Origin: a virus
Taxonomy: Duplodnaviria > Heunggongvirae > Uroviricota > Caudoviricetes > Ackermannviridae
DNA: 64,000 bases
Reading direction: 5' to 3' (one strand)
IMG/VR virus record: IMGVR_UViG_2974616520_000001
Location: 49,328 to 113,327 of that record
How positions within the stretch are numbered: position 1 is the first letter of the stretch; every line of letters starts with the position of its first letter. Positions 9,624 to 16,832 of this stretch are shown here, in pieces. The position numbers and the translations under genes are program-made. The notes beneath the pieces were generated by a model. The model did no database searches. It was not told where the DNA came from and was given only the letters and a program-made list of their open reading frames with translations.

Positions 9624-9732
9624 AAAAACGTTCCTCAGGAGTAAAGTGTGTTTTTGTTTGCTGTCAGATATTTAATGTGGGGCGAGGTAAAAGCCACTCC
9701 AAATGTATTGAAGTGGCTGTTTTATAAGGAGT

Positions 9733-10569
9733 TTACAGGTCAAACATATCGTTGATTTCAAGCATGCGGCGAACGTTATCACCACGACCATTGCGGTCGC
9801 TTTTGGTGAATTCGACCATGCTCACTGGCTTGGCCCACTTCGGCATATCGCCATCAACTTTAAGATGATCCAGACCACCTGTCAGCAAGCGGCTATTATA
9901 CTCGTTAAAGCAGCTTAGATACCGGCCAAATGAGTTTTCTTTTAAGCGCTTGTTACCCTGCTTAGTGTCCCCATTGGCAAAGATGTATGAACTGTCAGCA
10001 GCACGCGTGAAGAGGTTCTTCAGCTGCTCCATGTCACACTCTTGCGCCTCTTCGATGATCACGAACTTGTTGTCAAAGGACATACCCTTGATGGTCTCCA
10101 AGTCCTGGATCTCGATCGTCTTCTTCTCCCAGAGGTAATTGAACAGGCCGTCAGAACCGGTCTCTGTGCGCAATACCTTTTTGAAGGTTTGGATCAGCGG
10201 CATGAGGTAAGGCATCAGCTTCTCATACGTGTCGCCGGGGCGGAAGCCCGCTGTTGTACCTGTGGGCAGGGGTGAACGGGTGATGATGATACCGTCAATC
10301 AGACGCTCGCTGAGCAGCTTAATAGCAGCACTGGCACCACAGTATGACTTACCTGTACCGGCAGGACCGGAAACAAGAACAAGGTGGTGTTCCAGGGCGG
10401 CTTCATAGGCGAGTGCTTGGTTCTCTGAGAGAGGTTCGAATGGAGCGTATTTGAATCGTCCTTTAGAATATTCCTGCCAGTCTGCGCTGGTCTGAACTTC
10501 CTGAGTTTTGCGTACAGATTTGGTCTTACCCTTGTTGGCGATTTTGACCACATTGCTGGATGATTGCAT
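9733..10569 (-). CDS. phoH: PhoH-like ATPase
   Basis: Walker A GPAGTGKS, PhoH-like core; ATG 10569 with RBS (track start 10587 is TTG). Confidence 0.8.
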   Translation of the reverse strand: MQSSSNVVKIANKGKTKSVRKTQEVQTSADWQEYSKGRFKYAPFEPLSENQALAYEAALEHHLVLVSGPAGTGKSYCGASAAIKLLSERLIDGIIITRSPLPTGTTAGFRPGDTYEKLMPYLMPLIQTFKKVLRTETGSDGLFNYLWEKKTIEIQDLETIKGMSFDNKFVIIEEAQECDMEQLKNLFTRAADSSYIFANGDTKQGNKRLKENSFGRYLSCFNEYNSRLLTGGLDHLKVDGDMPKWAKPVSMVEFTKSDRNGRGDNVRRMLEINDMFDL

Positions 10570-10713
10570 AGAATGTACCTTATTCAAAGGAACGCTGCTC
10601 GTTCACTTTTATTTAACCCAGCACCATCATAACCCAGCGAGGCTCCTATAGAATAATGTTAAATACGGTTGGAGCAAAAACTCCACACAGCAAATCAAAC
10701 CAAGGATAATAAG

Positions 10714-10887
10714 ATGAATCGCGACGAAGAAATTGTCATGTTAAGGCAACGTCAAGTCCAGTCTATCCAAAATGAAAAACCCGGCAAGATAGCCGGGAAT
10801 TTTATTAGTTCAGCATTGATGTTAGCCGGTATCGGTCTGATCTATGGACCTTATTACTGGGTAGAGATCGCATTCGGATCTCTATGA
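10714..10887 (+). CDS. small membrane protein (57 aa), possible lysis-associated (holin/antiholin-like) protein
   Basis: ATG 10714; single hydrophobic segment (FISSALMLAGIGLIYGPYYWV); convergent with and overlapping endolysin stop. Confidence 0.3.
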   Translation: MNRDEEIVMLRQRQVQSIQNEKPGKIAGNFISSALMLAGIGLIYGPYYWVEIAFGSL

Positions 10888-11679
10888 GTAAGCCAGGTAT
10901 GCATCGGCCATTTTGACATCATACTTGTTCGCTGCATAACCCGGCCCGTTGTAAGCATAAGCGAAAGTCGGCCAGTCTTTGGAACGGATAGCCCGCAACA
11001 GAGTCTGGTCGGCTTTAATGAATGCCACAAACGCACGCAGGTGCGCACCCTCACCCGAAGCCACAAAGTCATCAAACATCGATTTTGCGCTGCTGTATCC
11101 GGCGATCTTGTAGTTGAAGCCCATCATCTGGAAGAGGCCGTAGGAGGCACTCAGATAAGCGCATTCCTCATCCAATGCAATCGCCCGCTTGAGGCGCTGA
11201 TGCTCCGCGTCTCCACCGATGTAGCCACCAGAATTCTTGTTCACAATGTCAGGGTACTTGGCCGCCAGTTCATCCGCCTTCTGTGAACCGTACTTCTGGG
11301 CCAGGAACTTGTACATCTTGTGACGCTCAAACAGAATCTTGATCAGGCCGGTTTTACTGAAGCCAGTGCCCTTGCTCTCGACTGTGTTGACCGCCTTGAT
11401 AGCAGCCAGCTCACATTGCAGAGACTGGGCGGCGCGGATGAGGTCCATTTCAGTGAGGTGTTGCTCGTGGGGTTCCCCGGCATTCTGGAGAGCATAGAGC
11501 GTCTTCGGCCCTACCATTCCATCAACTGCTAAGCCAGCGCCTGTCTGAAAGAGCCTGACGGCCTTCTCAGTGCCTGCGCCATAGATGCCGTCGATACCAA
11601 TATTGTAACCGAGGCTGTTGAGTGCTACCTGGACTGCTTTGACTTCGGCCCCGCGTGAGCCGGTTTTTAGAATAGCCAT
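10882..11679 (-). CDS. endolysin: N-terminal peptidoglycan-binding domain + C-terminal N-acetylmuramidase (DUF3380-like)
   Basis: 265 aa; PG_binding_1-like repeat (GSRGAEVKAVQVALNSLGY..DGIYGAGT), C-terminal muramidase family signature (WPTFAYAYNGPGYAANKYD). Confidence 0.8.
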   Translation of the reverse strand: MAILKTGSRGAEVKAVQVALNSLGYNIGIDGIYGAGTEKAVRLFQTGAGLAVDGMVGPKTLYALQNAGEPHEQHLTEMDLIRAAQSLQCELAAIKAVNTVESKGTGFSKTGLIKILFERHKMYKFLAQKYGSQKADELAAKYPDIVNKNSGGYIGGDAEHQRLKRAIALDEECAYLSASYGLFQMMGFNYKIAGYSSAKSMFDDFVASGEGAHLRAFVAFIKADQTLLRAIRSKDWPTFAYAYNGPGYAANKYDVKMADAYLAYS

Positions 11680-11688
11680 AATAAAATA

Positions 11689-11712
11689 CCCTCTGAAGGT
11701 GGTTTCAGAGGG
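11689..11712 (-). terminator. terminator hairpin immediately 5' of endolysin ATG
   Basis: CCCTCTGAA-ggtggtt-TTCAGAGGG; on minus strand followed by UAUUUUAUU then AUG 11679; T-rich on both sides. Confidence 0.55.
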
Positions 11713-11720
11713 TATTTATG
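11713..11720 (-). promoter_or_regulatory. late-promoter-like CATAAATA directly upstream of the terminator hairpin
   Basis: minus-strand CATAAATA (plus tatttatg) abutting the hairpin 5' arm. Confidence 0.4.
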
Positions 11721-11728
11721 GGAGCGGG

Positions 11729-11968
11729 TTATTTGATGAGGCGCTCACTAGACCAGGCCCGAACGTAGAATTCAAAATCCTGTTTGGTGCTCTGGACGTC
11801 GTGTGCTTCTTTCAGAGTTTGAAATCGGGTATAAGTCCGATTCTCTGAACGGTAAAACGTGACTGATATGATATCAGAAGCAGCCACATAAACCGGGTAT
11901 TCAGGGCTTTCAGACAGGTTCATCACACCTGGCCAAGGACACAACTGGTGACGGTTAAGAACGGACAT
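11729..11968 (-). CDS. small hypothetical protein, paralog family member A (79 aa)
   Basis: ATG 11968 with GAGG RBS; shares PxPG[VI]M.L...P..PV[YW]VAAS.I.S core and C-terminal ERL[IV]K with adjacent gene. Confidence 0.5.
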   Translation of the reverse strand: MSVLNRHQLCPWPGVMNLSESPEYPVYVAASDIISVTFYRSENRTYTRFQTLKEAHDVQSTKQDFEFYVRAWSSERLIK

Positions 11969-11979
11969 TTGTACCTCGG

Positions 11980-12279
11980 TTATTTGACCAGGCGCTCTTC
12001 AGCCCAGATGTTAGTGAAAACGCCTTGGTCCGCTCGGTCGCTGGATGGCACGAAAACTGATCTTGGGGTATCAATGACGCTGAAGGTAACAACACCCTCG
12101 TTGTGTTTCAGGTTCAACGCCTCTATCAAGGGTTTGAAGCTGTCATCACTTCTCATTGTTTCTGCGCTGATGTAGCCGATTGAGGTGATGGCAGAAGCCG
12201 CTACCCATACCGGGTCATCAGGTAGGCCAAGGCGCATGATGCCAGGGCGTGGGACAATTTTATTGCGAGGAAAGTGCAT
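11980..12279 (-). CDS. small hypothetical protein, paralog family member B (~100 aa)
   Basis: ATG 12279 with AGGA RBS (track start 12321 is TTG); homologous to 11729-11968. Confidence 0.5.
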   Translation of the reverse strand: MHFPRNKIVPRPGIMRLGLPDDPVWVAASAITSIGYISAETMRSDDSFKPLIEALNLKHNEGVVTFSVIDTPRSVFVPSSDRADQGVFTNIWAEERLVK

Positions 12280-12333
12280 GGCAAAGTTCCTTAATTTCAA
12301 TTTCAAGGGGGTGATGATCAAGACAGAAGCGGG

Positions 12334-12349
12334 GCGGGGCGAACCCCGC
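12334..12349 (-). other. intercistronic hairpin with UUCG tetraloop on mRNA
   Basis: GCGGGG-cgaa-CCCCGC (mRNA GCGGGG-UUCG-CCCCGC) between stop 12359 and start 12279. Confidence 0.6.
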
Positions 12350-12358
12350 GACCATTTG

Positions 12359-12853
12359 TTACACCAGACGGTTAACCAGAGCAGTCACTTCAGAGGCAGA
12401 CAGTTTGCCGACCTGGACATACTGGTTCTTTTCGGTGCCTGCGCCAATCATATCAGCTGCGTCTTTCACGCTGTAGCCTTTCTTAGGCAGGACCATCACG
12501 CTGTATGTGCCGTTGTTCATTGGGTTGATCTGAACGCGGCCACATTTGACCAGCACGGTGCCGTAGGTTTCGGTCTTAGCTTCAACAATGTGGGTGCTGA
12601 AGTCAAAGGCTTTCAGGGCAGCAACTTTGTCAATCTTCGCAATCACTTTAGCTGACTGCTCAACAACGGTCTGAATTTTGATGCTGTAGCCACAAGCGAC
12701 TTCAACTTTGCCATTCAGCAGGTTCATGAAGCTGGTGCGACCGCCTTCAAAACCTTCTTCCTGCGCAACTTTCCACATTTCAGACTTGGTCAGGTCTGCA
12801 TTCAGTTCGAAGCTGTTAACGCCGTTGGTGATGATCTGGATTGATTTAGTCAT
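12359..12853 (-). CDS. hypothetical protein (164 aa)
   Basis: ATG 12853; first gene after an early-type promoter; no motif recognised. Confidence 0.5.
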   Translation of the reverse strand: MTKSIQIITNGVNSFELNADLTKSEMWKVAQEEGFEGGRTSFMNLLNGKVEVACGYSIKIQTVVEQSAKVIAKIDKVAALKAFDFSTHIVEAKTETYGTVLVKCGRVQINPMNNGTYSVMVLPKKGYSVKDAADMIGAGTEKNQYVQVGKLSASEVTALVNRLV

Positions 12854-12922
12854 TTTGCTGCCCTCATTATGTAGGATGTTACTTTCAATTTGGCGGGTCG
12901 TTGTTGCCGCCCTATGGATTTA

Positions 12923-12953
12923 AATATACTCCATGTTCAATAAGTCGTAAAGC
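12923..12953 (-). promoter_or_regulatory. T4-early-like promoter (GCTTTAC -35, 17-nt spacer, TATATT -10)
   Basis: minus strand: GCTTTACG-N17-TATATT with A/T-rich upstream tract; third member of a conserved promoter family (see 20503, 58879). Confidence 0.5.
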
Positions 12954-13026
12954 GATTTTTATTGAATTTAGTAAAATAAATTGAACTTTTTACTAAGTGG
13001 CTGATTTACTGAAGTTTAAAGTCTGA

Positions 13027-13386
13027 CTATTCTTCCTCGTCAGGGCACTCCAGCTCAATTTCTTTGAAGAAGTTACGGATAGTCCAGTTGGCCATACCCA
13101 GTTGGAACTGCGCCTGCTTAATCAAATTAGCGTCTGCATAGTCCTTCTTGAGGTGTTCACGGTATTCCCGTGCTATCTCGACCAATTGCATGGCGAACTG
13201 GAGTTTTGGGCTATGGGCCAGGATGAGTGGATACTTCTCTTTAACGATATCTGACCACTGATGATAACGGGTATCCCAGAAGTCAAACATGTGGGCGCTG
13301 GTCAGCTCATCCCTGAGCTTGGGGTCAGACTCAGCCAGCTGGAACAACTGGGAGTGTTTGGATGATGGCATTTTCAATTTCCTCAA
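13027..13386 (-). CDS. hypothetical protein (119 aa)
   Basis: ORF with acidic C-terminus. Confidence 0.45.
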   Translation of the reverse strand: MRKLKMPSSKHSQLFQLAESDPKLRDELTSAHMFDFWDTRYHQWSDIVKEKYPLILAHSPKLQFAMQLVEIAREYREHLKKDYADANLIKQAQFQLGMANWTIRNFFKEIELECPDEEE

Positions 13387-13502
13387 TGATGTCTGGGACA
13401 GATTGGGGAATAATACCTTTGATCATTTCAATAACAAAGTTTCGCTGTGTGTCAGACATTTCTGACGGAAAGGTCGTCTTATACATATTAATCATGATTG
13501 GC

Positions 13503-13742
13503 CTACTTTCTTTTGGCCTCCCGCTTCACGCGTGCGATATCGGCTGCGAGGGCATGTTGGTATTTATCCACTTCGCCTGTGGTGTCAGACAGCCCGTTGC
13601 GCCAGCCATGTACAAAGCTGCGTGATTCGTCGCCCTTCAGGACATATCCCTTACGCGCTTCATAGTAACCCTTCTCTATCTCATCACCATCGAGAGTGAC
13701 CAGGTCTCTTGCTGTAACAACTGGACTGAATTTTTTCATCAT
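13503..13742 (-). CDS. hypothetical protein (79 aa)
   Basis: ORF overlapping primase stop by 4 nt (ATGA). Confidence 0.4.
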   Translation of the reverse strand: MMKKFSPVVTARDLVTLDGDEIEKGYYEARKGYVLKGDESRSFVHGWRNGLSDTTGEVDKYQHALAADIARVKREAKRK

Positions 13743-14797
13743 ACTTTCCTCAAGTCAGCGAAGCGAATCTCGGCACTCATCCCCTGAAATACATTGGACG
13801 CAAGCATCTGTAATAACTGCTGACGGCCCATATTCCCTTTGTCGGGGTGAACCATGTCATTGATATCCTTCCAGGGTACAGAGGGAGGAAACAAGACAAC
13901 CTTCACACCTGATCTAATTATCTTCTCAATTATTCCACAGACCGATGCGTTACGGTACTGATTGTCAGGGATGTAGACATCACCCTTAGCACTCAGTAGA
14001 TCGGCATCGGCGGTAGCCACGCAATTGGGAAGGAACAGACTATCAATCGGCCCCTCGACGACCAGAGTGGTGTGCCCCCGAGTAAGCCGGTCTTCACCAT
14101 AGATCTTGGTGTCCTGCTCATCAGGCTTAGAGGTGATGTAGCGCAACCCCGATTTTGGATCAAACGAGCGGCCCTGGACTGCCTTCAGCCTGCCGTCCTG
14201 CGTCCAGAAAGGAATCACAAGGCGCTCATCCCCCGGTAGCTTGGCATAGATCTCAGGGTTGGTCTCAAAGCCTTCCAGGTCACGCTTGTAGTCCTTGGTG
14301 AAGTACAAGATCTCATGGAACTGCTCTGGGATACCGCGCCCGCGCACATACTTCTTGGCATAGTGATCATCGGCAAGAGAAGCAATTGTGAGCATGTTTC
14401 CCAGCTGGCTCACCTTACGCACGGCCTGTTGCTTACCGATGCGTGCAGTCTGGGTGAGGCGCGGCTGAGTCTTCATTGGAGTCAGCCGCTGACGTCCGCC
14501 TGTACTGCTGCCCTGTTCCTGGAACTTCTCAAGGGAGTACTCGGAGAACAGAGACTCGTCAAAGTGGCGCAACCAGTTATGGAAGGTCCAGCCGTCGCAC
14601 TCACCACAGTTGTGACATTTAAATCTGAACTCATCGAGCTGTGTATCAAAGTAGAAGTAGCCCCGCGCCTTGGTCTGTGATTTCTGCGAATCCCCACACA
14701 GCGGACAGCGGAAGTTGGCAACGTTCTCACGCTCCCACTTGAACCGCTGCAGCCGGGGTGACAGGATACTGATAAAGCGCTTGTCAAGTTCTCTCAT
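13739..14797 (-). CDS. DNA primase, T4 gp61-like
   Basis: N-terminal zinc ribbon (CPLCGDS...KARGYFY...CHNCGE) and TOPRIM region (VVEGPIDSLF); 352 aa similar in size to T4 gp61. Confidence 0.85.
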   Translation of the reverse strand: MRELDKRFISILSPRLQRFKWERENVANFRCPLCGDSQKSQTKARGYFYFDTQLDEFRFKCHNCGECDGWTFHNWLRHFDESLFSEYSLEKFQEQGSSTGGRQRLTPMKTQPRLTQTARIGKQQAVRKVSQLGNMLTIASLADDHYAKKYVRGRGIPEQFHEILYFTKDYKRDLEGFETNPEIYAKLPGDERLVIPFWTQDGRLKAVQGRSFDPKSGLRYITSKPDEQDTKIYGEDRLTRGHTTLVVEGPIDSLFLPNCVATADADLLSAKGDVYIPDNQYRNASVCGIIEKIIRSGVKVVLFPPSVPWKDINDMVHPDKGNMGRQQLLQMLASNVFQGMSAEIRFADLRKV

Positions 14798-15432
14798 CGT
14801 TTACTGATCGCTGGTCGTTGGAAGATTTCGTCTATGATAACCGGGACGTTCTGTTTAGAAGCCATACACATTTGTCGATAGCCGCCATACAAGACATTCA
14901 TCTCAGCGCCGACGTTCTTCTGATTGAAGGCAAATGCATGGTACTGCTCCAGCATATCGACCACATGTTGTGGTACTGGCCCAGGCTTGTTCTCATGCTT
15001 CTTGTACTGCTTCATGGCATAGTCGAACTGAGCACACGGCGGCTGAAGAGATGAGAAGCTGCGTGGGACTACAACAGGGCGCAACGAGCCGCGTGCAGTG
15101 AAGTAAAACAGCCCCCACTTGGGCGGTAGCTCATCCGGCTTGATCAGTCCCTCAGGGCAGACGTAGAAGCGATAATCACCCATTCCACGTTCGGCATTTA
15201 CGCGATGGGGCTTAGAGAAGTCAGAACGGAAGTCGCCCCGGCTGACCTTCACTTCCATCAGGATCGAGGTATTGTTGGGACGGAAGCCGATGGCATCAGG
15301 GGCTTCACTATTAGCCCAGGGATTCGGCTCAATGAAGACAATCCCACAGTTGAACTTGGTCTTGAGGTATTGAGCAGCGATGGCACAACCTTCAGAGTGG
15401 GTAATCGGTAGGGGTTTCAATTTAGATGCCAT
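14794..15432 (-). CDS. putative PD-(D/E)xK-type nuclease
   Basis: 212 aa; D-x(n)-E-V-K arrangement (DAIGF ... LMEVKVSR); coupled to primase gene (ATGA overlap). Confidence 0.35.
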   Translation of the reverse strand: MASKLKPLPITHSEGCAIAAQYLKTKFNCGIVFIEPNPWANSEAPDAIGFRPNNTSILMEVKVSRGDFRSDFSKPHRVNAERGMGDYRFYVCPEGLIKPDELPPKWGLFYFTARGSLRPVVVPRSFSSLQPPCAQFDYAMKQYKKHENKPGPVPQHVVDMLEQYHAFAFNQKNVGAEMNVLYGGYRQMCMASKQNVPVIIDEIFQRPAISKR

Positions 15433-15958
15433 TGTTGATACCTTCCTGGATCAGGCGCAGTGCCTCTTCAGCTTCAGCCACAGAGAAGAAATACAGGGTC
15501 TCTTCAGTATGTTCTATGGATCTGATTGTAATGGACGGCCAGAATATCTGATCCATGAGTAATTCTGTGCTATGGTGAGGACTCTGTACCTTCTGGATTT
15601 TAATGTCTGGCCAGTGATGGAGGGCGATCTGAAGCCAATCGCTCTTTTTACCTAAATGAACGAATGGATAGGCCCGAAGTTCTACCATCCTTGCACGCCT
15701 TTCTGAATAACGCTCAATATCTCTCAGATCATCGCCATTATCCCGAAGGCTGCGATATTCGTCCATCAGCTTTGCGGCCTCAGGAAAAGTTCTGTCAATG
15801 TCTATCCGACGCGCATGCCATTCAGGCTGAGAGTGGATCACGTCTGTGAAGGTGAAGATTGTAGGTGAGGCGATGAATTTGCGCTTCCTGAATATCTCGA
15901 TGGATCGGCTTGCGGGTACATCTTGCGCATAGGCAACGTGAAGGGTGATAACAGACAT
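15422..15958 (-). CDS. hypothetical protein (178 aa)
   Basis: ORF overlapping downstream gene. Confidence 0.45.
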   Translation of the reverse strand: MSVITLHVAYAQDVPASRSIEIFRKRKFIASPTIFTFTDVIHSQPEWHARRIDIDRTFPEAAKLMDEYRSLRDNGDDLRDIERYSERRARMVELRAYPFVHLGKKSDWLQIALHHWPDIKIQKVQSPHHSTELLMDQIFWPSITIRSIEHTEETLYFFSVAEAEEALRLIQEGINNGI

Positions 15959-16046
15959 GGTGTAGGTTCTCTATTCAATTAAAGATATTACAATGATATA
16001 CCAGGGATGGATATAGAAAGCCCCCGATTTTACTCAGGGGCTTGTT

Positions 16047-16223
16047 TCATTTACAAAGGCGTTTCCAGGCTTCTATCTCAGAGTCGGTTGCCGGTACGCT
16101 ACCAGGTGGTAACTCACCGTGGTTGTCAAGAGGAACACTCTTGTGCCAGCTCCCGTCCTCTTTCTGGAACAGCTCTATTTCAGGATACCAATCTTCTTTG
16201 AGGAATTCCTGAAAGGTCTTCAT
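16047..16223 (-). CDS. small hypothetical protein (58 aa)
   Basis: ATG 16223 overlaps stop of upstream gene (TAATG). Confidence 0.3.
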   Translation of the reverse strand: MKTFQEFLKEDWYPEIELFQKEDGSWHKSVPLDNHGELPPGSVPATDSEIEAWKRLCK

Positions 16224-16780
16224 TACGGCTTGACCACGTCCATTTTATGAAGGGTGCCATCGCTGGTCTTCACAGAGATAGTGCGGATATTTACAGAGGT
16301 GACTTTACCGTATTTCTTGTCGCCCTGGCGGTCATAGAAGTCGATATCCTGGCCTTTGGTTGGGAGAGTGTCACCATCTTCTAAAGCATAACGGCCCATG
16401 GTGCCCATTTTGCGATGGTCAACTTTCTCATTTACCGACTTTCCCGCGTCACCACCTTGGTTCGCGGATTCAAAGAATTTACCACTCGCCTGACGACCAC
16501 CCAGCCAGAAATCAGCCTTGTCAATGGTCAGGATACGCTCATCATTTGGACCCAGGCCTTTGACGTGATCCTGAGTGATGCGGCCATGGACTTTACCGCC
16601 CATAGAGATCTCCCAGTACTTTTCGTCATCCTTGCTGTCTGGAGTGACCTGCGTGACCACAACATCCTGCCAGCCCAGATCAGATTTGATCTTAACCTTA
16701 ACGCCGCCTGGGATTGCACTCTTGCCCTGGTTCAGAGACGCATCGGCCTCGGTCATCAGAAAATCGCTGAAACTCTTCAT
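16223..16780 (-). CDS. hypothetical protein (185 aa)
   Basis: ORF; Gly/Lys/Asp-rich. Confidence 0.45.
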   Translation of the reverse strand: MKSFSDFLMTEADASLNQGKSAIPGGVKVKIKSDLGWQDVVVTQVTPDSKDDEKYWEISMGGKVHGRITQDHVKGLGPNDERILTIDKADFWLGGRQASGKFFESANQGGDAGKSVNEKVDHRKMGTMGRYALEDGDTLPTKGQDIDFYDRQGDKKYGKVTSVNIRTISVKTSDGTLHKMDVVKP

Positions 16781-16832
16781 TTGGATACTCCCGTTTAATG
16801 GAATAAGGCCCGCAACGCAGGCCTGTGTTCAG

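Noticed and set aside
10569-10587. Track start positions that are TTG/GTG codons (e.g. 10587, 12321, 20085, 20469, 25888, 27188, 32998, 34904, 40425, 57368)
   Set aside because: Downstream in-frame ATG codons with Shine-Dalgarno sequences were preferred; the TTG codons lacked RBS support.
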